64,000 nucleotides of DNA from a virus. Under the pieces are notes generated by a model. It was not told where the DNA came from. It worked only from the letters and a program-made list of their open reading frames with translations, and ran no database searches. A program made the position numbers and the translations under genes. The stretch lies in the IMG/VR virus record IMGVR_UViG_3300042991_000201, positions 1-64,000 of that record, one strand, 5' to 3'. Below, piece after piece: positions 17,797 to 27,734 of this stretch (the stretch's first letter is position 1; each line of letters starts with the position of its first letter).

Positions 17797-20700
17797 TTAT
17801 ACCGTGAGTAATCCACGGCTCCTTTGGGTATGTATGCGCTTTGCTATTGCGGATGCAAGATCGTTTTCAGCTGTGACGGAACCCGAAACTTGCACGGTTA
17901 TATAAGTATCACCGGAAGAAGTGTTTGCACCCTTTCCAGACAGGGTTAATTCTCCACCACGGATACCTTCAGCAAAAGTCTTGGGGATGATAGCTTCACC
18001 TTTATGTACCATACCCATCTGATCTGCTTTTATGTTTGGAGAACCTACATCCCACCAACCAAAAAGATCACCAAGACCACCACCAATAGCTCCGATAGCC
18101 CCACCAACTGCGGCACCAATGGCGGTACCAACTATGGGGATAAACGAACCTATACCTGCACCTATAGCCGCACCAGCAAGTCCACCAGAGGCGGCATCTG
18201 ATAACATACTTGTAGTATCTGGAGCTACAGTAGTATTCGATATTGGTTCCGGTACCGGAGAAGGTACGGGTGTTACATAAGGAACCTGTTGGTTTGTGGA
18301 CACAAGGCCAAGTCCAGATAATAGTGTTATTTTTTCTGCATCAGTCAATTCAGTATTACCCATTATTTTTTGTGCGTCAAGGAGAGCATCGAGTCTAAGA
18401 GCAATAGCACCTTGATCCCCAAGCGCAGCAAGCTGTTTATCCGCAATGTTTACCAAATCATCATCAGCAGAACGACGAGTAGCATTCGCGGCATCGACCA
18501 TAGCCCCATATTGAGTACCAGATATAGCACCGACTTCATATAAATCTTGAGCAGACTGTATCTGTGCGTCTGCAAGATCATCGAGGGTCTTTATGAGAAA
18601 TGCAATGGTGGAATTGAGAGCGTCTGTCAATCCTGTTGCACGTAACTCTTCTACTTTTTTAGACAATTCTTGATTATAAGCTTCTTCCGATGTGAGTAAG
18701 TGGTTCAATGTGGCAATTAGTCGTATATGAGTTCCTAGATATGTATTGAGAAATTTAAAGACTGCATTCATCGCGCCTATAAGTCCGTTTAATATATCAA
18801 TTATAACATTACCAATAGGTACCAATACTTTATCACTTAGCCATATAAATACTGTACTAAATATCTTAACAACTCCTGTGACCAACTTCATTACACCAGC
18901 AAATATTTGCATAACGATGCCTAGTAATGTAAATACCGGGAGCAATATCTGTGCTATAGTATCTCCCATTTCCATAAGAGCAGAAACGAATCCCGAGAAT
19001 ACTGTATTCAAAACAGGCTCTAATAAAGCTCTCATGCCTTCAAAGATAGTCCCTATAAAGTTTAGAGATTTGGATACATTCTCTATAGATGATAGGAATT
19101 GAGCGGCGCTCGCGGCGATCATAGTTAAAGGATTAGCCTTCATAGCTAGTTTACCCACATCCGTACCGGACATTTCGATCCCCATAGTAGCCCCAGCACC
19201 TGACAACCCACCCTTACCCGCGGTAGCCTTTAACCCTGCTAACTTAGCGGCACTGCCATTTTTCATGTCCTCATATCGCATCTTAGCTACATCCTTATAG
19301 TATTTTTTATCTATAGCCGTAAGAGCATTAGCTAACTGTTCTGCTGATATAATTTTAGCTTTATTTTTATCAAATGCATCAACAATATCTTTGTCACGTT
19401 GTAGGGCTATATCATCATACGCGGATTCTGTAGCCTTTACCATTAGATCAAGGTCAAACCACTGATCCAGTTTTACATGGTCTTCAGCGGCACCTTTATC
19501 TAGGAAACTAGAAGCCTCATTCATCAATTTAACAAGCTCTGCCTTCAATGCGGCTTTATCTGCTTTATTTGGAAATAATAACTGTATAGCAGAGAATGCG
19601 GTCTGTAGCTTATCAAACCTTTCCTGATAAACCCTAGCATAAGCATTCTCCACAATATCCGCTGTAGCACCAGCGGCTTTAAGTGCTTGAGGTAGTGTTG
19701 TTTGAGGTAGAGTCCCTTCCATAGCAGATACATACTGTTTAGCACTTGGTTCTACCGAACCCCCAACAGTAGCAGGGTCCACACCAAGTGCTGTCAATGT
19801 CTTGGAAAATTCACGCTTGTCTATGAACTCTATGTACTTCTCAAGCATACCAGCTTGAACAGCGGCCATTCTCTTAGCTTCAGCCGTAGCGCGTTCTTGG
19901 TATGACAACGCTCTCTGTGACAATCGCAATGCATCGGCTTTTGCTTTAATGTCATACCCAGCTTGTAAGGCTATCTCTGCTGTTATAAATTTGTTCTCAT
20001 ACAATATCTTAGCTACTACATCAGAAGTAGTTTTATATATGCTAGCATACGCTGTTATGTCTCTTAGTTGTTCTTTTGAGGACATGCCAGACATTGAAGT
20101 CCCTAGTCCTTCAAATCGAGCTGATTCTTTTTCAAGAATAGTCTTAGAAAGTCCTTCCTGACTTCCCCTAGCTTTAGCTAATTCTGCCGCCTGACCTTGT
20201 ATTGCTTTAGTTACTAAATATACACTTCCAGCGATACCAGCAAACGTAACACCGAGTGTTAAAATAATCCCACCAGCAGAAGTGGCAAAAAAAGCACCCA
20301 ACTGCCCAAAGGCAGTAGTAAGCGAAGATACTCCCGTAGCCATTGTTATAAATTTTCCAGTAGCTAGTGCTGCACCAAAGGCCATAACTCCATCTGCCGC
20401 CATAAACAGTGCTTTAGGGATTCCCATGAGAGCTTTTGCACCCATTATAGCTATAAATATGGGAATCAACTTAGTGAGTATGGGGGTAATCTTTATAAGA
20501 CCTATACCTAATTGCAAAGCACCTTCAGCCACTTTACCCATAGTAGCACCCATATCTGCAATATACTCTTGGATATCAGCTTGCCCAAGAATAGTAGTTA
20601 AACTTTCAATGCCTTTTTTCAGTCCATCAAACAGGGACGCTGTAAAAACACCACTACTCTTTTCAGCTATGTCTTTCAACATAGACAATTTACCACTGAA

Positions 20701-21402
20701 AGTTTTCATATACTCATCCAGTAATCCACCAAAACGTCCACCTTCACTGGTCATATTCTTAAATGCCTGTTCTACTTCCTTGAATCCAACTTTACCTTCT
20801 TCTGTCAATTTCTTGAGTGCTTTCTGATCTACACCCATTACCTTTGCTAACTCTTCATATATCGGAATACCACGCATACCAAACTGCATCAAGTCACGAG
20901 TGTATGCCCTGCCCTGTGATTTTAGTGTTCCATATACATAAGATATATCGTCAAGCGAATGGCCTGTAGCTTTTGCCACAGTACCAAGTGTTTTCATTGT
21001 TGGAACTAATTCTTCAGCCGCAAAACCATAAGCCATAAGTTGTTTAGAAGCACTTACAGTTTCTTTGAAGGTTAGTGGAGAGTTTACTGCAAATTTATAT
21101 AATTCATCTAACTTAGCTTTTGCCAAGTCAGCAGATTTCATCATCACGGTAAACGCCATAGTCTGCTCTTCTACGAATCTATTGAAGTTTACGCCGCTGG
21201 TGATTGCTTTGCTTGCCATTTGAATTCCCTTGGCAAGACCGAGATAGGAAACCGCCATTCTAGCTAGATTCCTCTCTGTAGAGGAACCTGCCTTAGACAT
21301 CTCCTTCTCGGTCGTCATGCCAAAAGAACGCATCAACCTTTCAGCTTGTGCAGTACCTTGAACTTCAACCTTTAGAACCGCCTTTTCTTGTGTCATGCCC
21401 AT
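17797..21402 (-). CDS. tape measure protein
   Basis: 1201 aa helical A/G-rich protein; N-terminal tape-measure domain (SPLTF...QLMAYG...GIPIYEELAK). Confidence 0.92.
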   Translation of the reverse strand: MGMTQEKAVLKVEVQGTAQAERLMRSFGMTTEKEMSKAGSSTERNLARMAVSYLGLAKGIQMASKAITSGVNFNRFVEEQTMAFTVMMKSADLAKAKLDELYKFAVNSPLTFKETVSASKQLMAYGFAAEELVPTMKTLGTVAKATGHSLDDISYVYGTLKSQGRAYTRDLMQFGMRGIPIYEELAKVMGVDQKALKKLTEEGKVGFKEVEQAFKNMTSEGGRFGGLLDEYMKTFSGKLSMLKDIAEKSSGVFTASLFDGLKKGIESLTTILGQADIQEYIADMGATMGKVAEGALQLGIGLIKITPILTKLIPIFIAIMGAKALMGIPKALFMAADGVMAFGAALATGKFITMATGVSSLTTAFGQLGAFFATSAGGIILTLGVTFAGIAGSVYLVTKAIQGQAAELAKARGSQEGLSKTILEKESARFEGLGTSMSGMSSKEQLRDITAYASIYKTTSDVVAKILYENKFITAEIALQAGYDIKAKADALRLSQRALSYQERATAEAKRMAAVQAGMLEKYIEFIDKREFSKTLTALGVDPATVGGSVEPSAKQYVSAMEGTLPQTTLPQALKAAGATADIVENAYARVYQERFDKLQTAFSAIQLLFPNKADKAALKAELVKLMNEASSFLDKGAAEDHVKLDQWFDLDLMVKATESAYDDIALQRDKDIVDAFDKNKAKIISAEQLANALTAIDKKYYKDVAKMRYEDMKNGSAAKLAGLKATAGKGGLSGAGATMGIEMSGTDVGKLAMKANPLTMIAASAAQFLSSIENVSKSLNFIGTIFEGMRALLEPVLNTVFSGFVSALMEMGDTIAQILLPVFTLLGIVMQIFAGVMKLVTGVVKIFSTVFIWLSDKVLVPIGNVIIDILNGLIGAMNAVFKFLNTYLGTHIRLIATLNHLLTSEEAYNQELSKKVEELRATGLTDALNSTIAFLIKTLDDLADAQIQSAQDLYEVGAISGTQYGAMVDAANATRRSADDDLVNIADKQLAALGDQGAIALRLDALLDAQKIMGNTELTDAEKITLLSGLGLVSTNQQVPYVTPVPSPVPEPISNTTVAPDTTSMLSDAASGGLAGAAIGAGIGSFIPIVGTAIGAAVGGAIGAIGGGLGDLFGWWDVGSPNIKADQMGMVHKGEAIIPKTFAEGIRGGELTLSGKGANTSSGDTYITVQVSGSVTAENDLASAIAKRIHTQRSRGLLTV

Positions 21403-21710
21403 GTTTTTCCAAAGCCTCCTGTTCTATCGCTTTAGCTTCCAGTTCAAGGGCAGTAATGGCATCAAGCACATCACACGGTTCATTCGCCCAGCCTTGTCCA
21501 TTCGGCAATCCCCACAGCTTAGTATAATTGTAGTATTCAAGTGCTACAATAAACTCTGGATTTTCTAAATATGTTTTTACATCTTTTCGTAATACAATCG
21601 TCGTCTCATCGTTAAACTTTCTTGCATATACAGGAACATCACCTTTGTCCTTCCTGTACTTTTCATTAGAGCGCCTACCATCATAAAGAAGATGATAGGC
21701 AATTCTTAGT
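21365..21710 (-). CDS. tail assembly chaperone GT extension (-1 frameshift product)
   Basis: -1 frame is open for about 115 codons after A-AAA-AAC; GLPNGQGW motif; not in the ORF track. Confidence 0.85.
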
Positions 21711-22098
21711 TTTTTTCGTTCACCTTACCGTTCAAGACTTCATTCAGGAACGTAAAGATTTCTTCTACAAGAGCATCGAATTCCACAGAAGCACTGAAAA
21801 GTTGTTCAACCGTAACAATCTTTTTCTCTTCAACCTTGCCATCTGCCTCTTCAATAGCGTATGAAAGATTCTCAATGCCTGTGACAAGCTCTTTGAGTAG
21901 TTTCACACGATCAATGGCAATGCTAATTTGCGGCTTACCATCGATGTAATCAATCTGCCTCGGGAAGAGCTTTTCCTTCATGGAGATAGTTGGGGCCTTG
22001 TATTTAACCCTTATCTGCTCTCCAGAAGGAAGGTCTTTGTTGTCATCAAACTCAGGTACAAAAATACGATTGCTAGAAACGGAAAGAATCTTCATCAT
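21706..22098 (-). CDS. tail assembly chaperone (gpG-like)
   Basis: Lies between tail tube and TMP; ends GAA AAA AAC TAA. Confidence 0.85.
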   Translation of the reverse strand: MMKILSVSSNRIFVPEFDDNKDLPSGEQIRVKYKAPTISMKEKLFPRQIDYIDGKPQISIAIDRVKLLKELVTGIENLSYAIEEADGKVEEKKIVTVEQLFSASVEFDALVEEIFTFLNEVLNGKVNEKN

Positions 22099-22141
22099 AG
22101 TGGTATCTCCTATCTATGTATTGTTGTGACTATAGCCGATA

Positions 22142-22795
22142 TTAGTTAGCTATAACGTAAACGATTGGGTCAGCGCCAATAAAACGCAGACCCGATTCCC
22201 ATGCCTGAGCAGAACCCATATCGGCACCGAGAGAGTAGCCAAAGAGTTCAACTTCACCGAAGAGGAATACTGCGTCTTCACCTGTGGTGACATCATCATC
22301 CTGAAGCATGGCTTTGATATAGTAGGAATCACCGGCTACAGTGTTCATAATGGCATCGGCAGTACTGAGTTTGTCACCAGTAACTACACGAAGGAATCTA
22401 TTCAGGAGAGAGCCCGCCTTCTTCATCTCGGATACCATGTTGATACCACGAACAGTCCCAGAAAGGTCTGTCTTGCCCTTACGATACTTCTTTACACCAT
22501 CTACAAGAACGGTTACTTCTATCTCATCCGCACTGAACTGCATGTCGAAAGAAGAACAATCTGCGACAGTGGTGAAAGTAGCAAGAGCGCCAGAATTGGT
22601 AGCGGAGAAGGTAACAGTTCCGTCACCCTGCCAGAGATCACCAACAATATATCCAGCGGGGAATACAGTGTCTCCAGTTTTAATTGCGATCTTGTACCAA
22701 GCTCCAGCGACTGCGGTACCTGTAGTGAGAGGAGCGGCAAAAGACGCCTTTGCCAACGATGCGTCTGATCCAACCAATTTATCAAGTCGTGCCAT
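22142..22795 (-). CDS. major tail tube protein
   Basis: EIEVT...KKYRKGKTD pattern; position; strong SD. Confidence 0.8.
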   Translation of the reverse strand: MARLDKLVGSDASLAKASFAAPLTTGTAVAGAWYKIAIKTGDTVFPAGYIVGDLWQGDGTVTFSATNSGALATFTTVADCSSFDMQFSADEIEVTVLVDGVKKYRKGKTDLSGTVRGINMVSEMKKAGSLLNRFLRVVTGDKLSTADAIMNTVAGDSYYIKAMLQDDDVTTGEDAVFLFGEVELFGYSLGADMGSAQAWESGLRFIGADPIVYVIAN

Positions 22796-22803
22796 TTCAT
22801 AGC

Positions 22804-22880
22804 CTCCTATATAAGATGTAATCTATATATGCTTATACATATATGCCTTTACTTATATAGGAGAATTACTATTTTGTCAA
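22804..22880 (-). promoter_or_regulatory. promoter with an inverted repeat pairing the -10 region to the SD of the tail tube gene
   Basis: TTGACA-17-TATAAG; CTCCTATATAAG/CTTATATAGGAG arms. Confidence 0.6.
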
Positions 22881-22885
22881 GAGGG

Positions 22886-23746
22886 TTAAGTTATATTGTT
22901 ATATTTTTTTGCATTATCTTCCCACCATAAGGGCTGTAAATTAGTATAATGAAAACATTTAAGAATTTGCTCGGGGTCAGATAAATCAAAAGAGGATACA
23001 GGCACTATATGATCGATCTGCCACGCTGATATGCCTCGTCTAGCATTTCCATAATTTTCCCAAGTCATGCCTTCCTTCCACAAAGCTTTTATGTATTCTC
23101 TAAAAAATTCTGCTGAACACCCAACCAACTTATCGTTTTTTGAATGGGGCTTAGTACCAAATAAAATACCACGTACCTTAATTCGTAGTTTATTAGGAAG
23201 TAGAGCTAAAGCGTTGCCTATATGAGAAGCATGTTTCTTTCGACTATACTCCAAATACTGTTCGATGTGTTCCCTGTAATACTCTTTTCCCTTATGCCTA
23301 TAGTAGTCGTGGTTCGCATAATAGTGCCGCTTTTTCCCTTCAAGTAGCATATCTCTATTTTCTTCTCTATACGCCTTATTCTTTTCCTTGTATTCATCTC
23401 CTCCATCTTTAACCCACTTACTTTTGTATGCTCTAGCACAAGTCTTACACCTAAAAGTATGACCCAACTCCTTCCGCTTATCTATCTCGAATTCATCCAA
23501 AGGTTTCTCTTCTCCACATAAAGTGCATACTCTATATCCTTCTTTTGAAGCTATGGGGGAATCTAAAGTATGTCGTTTCACAGTTTCGGTCTTATTCATC
23601 TTTTTTAGATAAGCCAGATGTGCTTTTTCCCTAACACAATCAGAACAAGTCCCTTGTCTACCATCAGATACTGTGCTACAGACATAGAACTCTGTAAGTG
23701 GTTTGACTGCACCACACCGATTGCACCGTTTCATTCCTTCTTCCAT
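22886..23746 (-). CDS. free-standing HNH-type homing endonuclease
   Basis: Four CxxC motifs; MTWENYG...WQIDHIVP...HYTNLQPLW..N. Confidence 0.85.
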   Translation of the reverse strand: MEEGMKRCNRCGAVKPLTEFYVCSTVSDGRQGTCSDCVREKAHLAYLKKMNKTETVKRHTLDSPIASKEGYRVCTLCGEEKPLDEFEIDKRKELGHTFRCKTCARAYKSKWVKDGGDEYKEKNKAYREENRDMLLEGKKRHYYANHDYYRHKGKEYYREHIEQYLEYSRKKHASHIGNALALLPNKLRIKVRGILFGTKPHSKNDKLVGCSAEFFREYIKALWKEGMTWENYGNARRGISAWQIDHIVPVSSFDLSDPEQILKCFHYTNLQPLWWEDNAKKYNNIT

Positions 23747-23761
23747 GAACCCTCCAAATAC

Positions 23762-23807
23762 AAAAAAGAGATGCTAAGAATATAGCATCTCTTCTAAAAT
23801 ATGTCAA
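23762..23807 (-). promoter_or_regulatory. promoter/terminator composite upstream of the endonuclease
   Basis: TTGACA-17-TATATT with a TG extension; 11-bp perfect hairpin followed by a T-run. Confidence 0.7.
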
Positions 23808-23817
23808 GTGACTCTTG

Positions 23818-24231
23818 TTACGGTTTCTGTAAAGTCTCTATCCAACGTATGCGGCATTCAAACTGGTATCGATATGTACTTATGACACCAGCATAGCTTC
23901 GTATAGACGAACAAGTAATATACAGATCATTTGCATCACCAAGTAATCCCCTGTAATGCTCTAATTCATGTAGAGCTATTTCTGCTATCTCTCGACCTAA
24001 AACCCATTGAGCGGGGCCAGCATCTACAGAGATACGGACGTTGGCAACTTCTTCAATAAGGCCACTAGTTATCTGTGTTCTAGTACCCCCTGAATTTTCT
24101 ATAACTAGCCAAGGCAGTTTGAAGTTCTCAGCAATAGGGGCTTGGACAATAACTATCTTGTTATCACCACCAAGAGGAGTTGTGAGAGCGGCTTGTCCTT
24201 GTAGGTATGTAAGTAAGTCTTTCTCTATCAT
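23818..24231 (-). CDS. tail completion/terminator protein
   Basis: Position; AP...PWLVI pattern. Confidence 0.7.
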   Translation of the reverse strand: MIEKDLLTYLQGQAALTTPLGGDNKIVIVQAPIAENFKLPWLVIENSGGTRTQITSGLIEEVANVRISVDAGPAQWVLGREIAEIALHELEHYRGLLGDANDLYITCSSIRSYAGVISTYRYQFECRIRWIETLQKP

Positions 24232-24812
24232 TATTGTCTCCCCTTTACTTTCTTGAAGGCTCTGATGGATTGTCTAATTGCTGTTTCCCACGCCTTCGTC
24301 ATTACAGGGCCAACTTCTTGTATCATAGGTGATACGAAGGGGTGTGCATCGTATGTTCTTGTACGGATACTATTGATTATCCACCAGAAATGTTGTTGTT
24401 CTGCGGGACTGCCATCAGCATCTATATTTAGTTCTCGCTGTACCCATTCTTTCATATTTTTTATGAATTCGTCTGTACCCTTATCGGTCTTATGTGGGCC
24501 TTGTGGGTATTCTCGGGCAACAGCAGAAGGAGCCTCAGAACCTATCCATACTTCATCTGAAGATGCAGGGGCAGATATACGGTCACTGGATATAGCCGGA
24601 GCGGATATATTACTACCTGTTTTCTTGGTTCTCCATGTAATAGAGTTTGTAGTTCTACCAGAAGAATCGTATGGAGTGGTCAATTCTCGCATCTTGTCTC
24701 GGATTATAGCGCCAGTAGTATTGAGACAACCCTGCTTGGCAATATCAAAGGTTGTTGCCCAATCCCGGTTTGTTATTTCTCCCGATAAGGTGTAGGCGGA
24801 TTTCCTAGCCAT
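24231..24812 (-). CDS. neck protein (HK97 gp10-like)
   Basis: PYDSSGRTTNSI...HPFVSP; position. Confidence 0.65.
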   Translation of the reverse strand: MARKSAYTLSGEITNRDWATTFDIAKQGCLNTTGAIIRDKMRELTTPYDSSGRTTNSITWRTKKTGSNISAPAISSDRISAPASSDEVWIGSEAPSAVAREYPQGPHKTDKGTDEFIKNMKEWVQRELNIDADGSPAEQQHFWWIINSIRTRTYDAHPFVSPMIQEVGPVMTKAWETAIRQSIRAFKKVKGRQ

Positions 24813-24813
24813 A

Positions 24814-25149
24814 TCATCCTATATCCCATTGAGCGCGTTCAAGCATGAACATGGCGTATGGATTGATGTTGCGCCATATTTCGGGGGAACCTATGACTTT
24901 ACGTTTTATCCCGTATGAATCAATAAAACCATCTCCGGGAAGTACAACAGAAGCGGCACTTACTGGAGAGAAACATACTTCAGTCACGTTCTGGAATATC
25001 TGCTGGTTACGTAAATTCTCATCCGCCGCTACAGGCTCTATACGTCCAGATATAGTAGCAATAAGCACCCAAGCACTATCACTCCAACCCGTAGTCGGAG
25101 TAAGACGGTATACTTTAATTTCTGCATCTTGGTATTCTGGAAATATCAT
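24814..25149 (-). CDS. head closure/stopper protein
   Basis: Position and size. Confidence 0.6.
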   Translation of the reverse strand: MIFPEYQDAEIKVYRLTPTTGWSDSAWVLIATISGRIEPVAADENLRNQQIFQNVTEVCFSPVSAASVVLPGDGFIDSYGIKRKVIGSPEIWRNINPYAMFMLERAQWDIG

Positions 25150-25524
25150 TTATGCCCCCGCTAGGAAAGTGTTATACACATCCTCAGAGGTTGTGGTTAT
25201 TCCAACTCTAGTATTCTGTATGAGCTTTTTTAACTGCCGTCCATAATTAGTCAGTTCCCATTCATCACGGATAACACCAGTACCACCATAAGACACTGCA
25301 AGACGACCCTCCATCTTGTAAGTAACGGCCCCCGTTTCACTTCCACTTCTAACAGTGAGCAATGCCCACGTATGTGCAACTCTAAGCGCTACAGCCAAAC
25401 TATACTTATCGCCGAAGAAGCTGGCGCTTGTCTCTGCCTGTGCCATTGTTATACGAGTATCCACGTTAGCTAACAATAACACATCTGGGGCTATTACGCC
25501 AAGAACTTCTTCGACTGATAACAT
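25150..25524 (-). CDS. head-tail adaptor (DUF4054-like)
   Basis: L.VAH...G.LAVSY...T.YG.Q pattern. Confidence 0.75.
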   Translation of the reverse strand: MLSVEEVLGVIAPDVLLLANVDTRITMAQAETSASFFGDKYSLAVALRVAHTWALLTVRSGSETGAVTYKMEGRLAVSYGGTGVIRDEWELTNYGRQLKKLIQNTRVGITTTSEDVYNTFLAGA

Positions 25525-25528
25525 GGTA

Positions 25529-25969
25529 TTACCCCTTTATGCTTCCATCGTTGATACCTTTGACCTGCTTTTCAATCTCAAGACGCACATCCTGTCGGCC
25601 TTCTGGATCACTACCATTAAGCCAAGCGTCAAGGCATTTCAGATCATAAGTATTACGAACAATTTCAAATACACGATTACCCTTACGGTCACAGTCCTTG
25701 AGCCTTGCAGGGACACGCACCTTAGCAGTCTCACGGGCATCATCAGACTCAATAGCAAAAGCATATTGACTTGCTTCTGCTTTATCTACTTTCTTGAATT
25801 CTTCTACAAGTATGCCAGCGGCAATCTTGTCTGATACATAATCACGAGCGCCCTTCCAATTCTCATCTGCCACTTCGGTATATCCGGGAGGAAGATCAAT
25901 GAAGAGTGACACTTCAAAACCCTTAACAGGAATTCCGATTGAACCACGATTCTTGTTCTGTACTATCAT
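25529..25969 (-). CDS. hypothetical protein following the capsid gene
   Basis: AGGAG SD. Confidence 0.7.
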   Translation of the reverse strand: MIVQNKNRGSIGIPVKGFEVSLFIDLPPGYTEVADENWKGARDYVSDKIAAGILVEEFKKVDKAEASQYAFAIESDDARETAKVRVPARLKDCDRKGNRVFEIVRNTYDLKCLDAWLNGSDPEGRQDVRLEIEKQVKGINDGSIKG

Positions 25970-25990
25970 AGGTATCTCCTTGTTGATAGA

Positions 25991-26021
25991 AAAATCCCTC
26001 CCCCGATTAAGAGGGAGGAGG
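25991..26021 (-). terminator. intrinsic terminator after the major capsid gene
   Basis: CCTCCCTC-TTAATC-GGGGGAGG followed by GATTTTT. Confidence 0.7.
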
Positions 26022-26034
26022 TTACTAGATCAGC

Positions 26035-26964
26035 TTACGAAAAAACTCCAAATGCTACACTCTTAGGATAGAAAACCGTTACACCCGCAGTCTTTGCACG
26101 GCAGGGAACCACATAGCGAAGGCCATCACGGTCAATATCTTCCTGAGTAAAGGGAAGGGGCATATCGAACACGAGGTGGTCACTATCATTCTTCCAAGCC
26201 ACCATCATAAGACCACCAGTGGAGCTGGCAGTTGCGAGCTGTGCGAACCACTCCACACGCTTCACATACTGTGATACACGAAGGAAGTAGGAAAGGACAG
26301 TCTCTTCAGAGTCAGCATCAAGGCGCTTGGTGGCGATGAGGTTGAAATACTCAAGGGGCAGAGCCAGAACATCGGGAACCTCAATACCATTAGTGGCATT
26401 GACGATGTAATTCTGAATACCAAACAGATCAGTCAGAATCTGGTCAGAAGTCTTGTTTGTCCAGAGCTTGCTGGTGCCCGTGCCGGTAGCAGGAACGGCG
26501 TACTCGGAAATGCCGGGATAATTGAATAGACCATACAGGCCCGTAGCAGTTTCACCACTACGAGCTATTTCATCGAGCTTCATATCCATAGCCTTACGAG
26601 CAGCATTAGCCCTCATTGACTCAAGGGGCTTGCCCACGCGCATAGCGGCCATAATCTCGTCCTTGTTGTAGCCGTAACTGTTATGCACGGGCTTAACCTT
26701 GACCGAGATTTCAGTACCATATACATCGACAGGAGGAAAATCAGTTGCATACATAGTGCCGCCCATCTTGGCAATACCAACACGGGTATACACACGATGG
26801 GTAATGGTATCTACGGTAGGATCACCTTCCATAGAAATTGGAAGAATGTTCAGGAGTTTAGGTTCCTGAAACTTCACATCATAAGTCTTTGCACGGATGG
26901 TTTCAAGCTCTCGGTCAAAAAAAACCGACTCGCCAGAATCCAGCTTTAGGTAATTATCACTCAC
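26035..26964 (-). CDS. major capsid protein (DUF2184/HK97 fold)
   Basis: RELE.I, GLYGLFNYP, GV.VFYP; GTG start after AAGGAG. Confidence 0.9.
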   Translation of the reverse strand: MSDNYLKLDSGESVFFDRELETIRAKTYDVKFQEPKLLNILPISMEGDPTVDTITHRVYTRVGIAKMGGTMYATDFPPVDVYGTEISVKVKPVHNSYGYNKDEIMAAMRVGKPLESMRANAARKAMDMKLDEIARSGETATGLYGLFNYPGISEYAVPATGTGTSKLWTNKTSDQILTDLFGIQNYIVNATNGIEVPDVLALPLEYFNLIATKRLDADSEETVLSYFLRVSQYVKRVEWFAQLATASSTGGLMMVAWKNDSDHLVFDMPLPFTQEDIDRDGLRYVVPCRAKTAGVTVFYPKSVAFGVFS

Positions 26965-26979
26965 GGTATTTCTCCTTTG

Positions 26980-27720
26980 TTACTTCAGGCCACGGACTTC
27001 AAGTACCGCAAGGCCACCAGAAATGGTGCTACGGAAATATCCACCGATATCATAGTTAGCGGTAGAAACATCAGAGAACTTACCAAGAGTACCAGTGCCG
27101 ATAGACACATAAGCGGCATCCTTGTCAGCAACGGTGGATTCAGCAAGAACCCAAATCTTACCATCACGGAGAATAGAAACAGAGTCCTTGTTCTTCCAGC
27201 TAGATGTACCAGCTCCAAAGTTATTGCCACCAGTCTGAATGAAACAAGCGGCACCAAGGAATTTACCATTGGTACCATAGGTGATGGTTGCAGTAGCCTG
27301 ACTAGCACCGAGAGTAACAACCTGAGTCATGGTAAGGTCTAGCCCAGCAGGGCCGGAGATCACGATGCCCCGGTTAGTACCACCAACAACAGCAGAAATG
27401 CCGAGAGTTATAAGTTCAGCCTTGGCATTGATAGCTGCGATATGTGCGGCCATCGTGGTGGCATGGTCGGTAGCAAAAGTATTAGCAACCGAAATACCAT
27501 TGATAACCGAAGTGATTACGTTGGAAGCTACAAGGTCAGCACTGAGAAGGGTAGTGATCTTGTCCTTGTGAGGGCCGTAACACTTATTCTCAGAACCGAC
27601 GAAACCGAACACTGGAGCGCCAAAGGCAATGTCCTCCTGTGCAATAGCAGATTCTACATCATGGTTATAGCCATAAAGCAGACCCGCAAGAGCGATATCC
27701 ATAGTACCGTATTCAGCCAT
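26980..27720 (-). CDS. head decoration/cement protein
   Basis: IAFGAPV...VSILRDGKIWV; immediately upstream of MCP. Confidence 0.75.
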   Translation of the reverse strand: MAEYGTMDIALAGLLYGYNHDVESAIAQEDIAFGAPVFGFVGSENKCYGPHKDKITTLLSADLVASNVITSVINGISVANTFATDHATTMAAHIAAINAKAELITLGISAVVGGTNRGIVISGPAGLDLTMTQVVTLGASQATATITYGTNGKFLGAACFIQTGGNNFGAGTSSWKNKDSVSILRDGKIWVLAESTVADKDAAYVSIGTGTLGKFSDVSTANYDIGGYFRSTISGGLAVLEVRGLK

Positions 27721-27734
27721 TATAATCCTCCCTT

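Noticed and set aside
22886-23746. Group I intron hosting the endonuclease
   Set aside because: Flanking genes are intact and the ORF has its own promoter and SD, so it is free-standing
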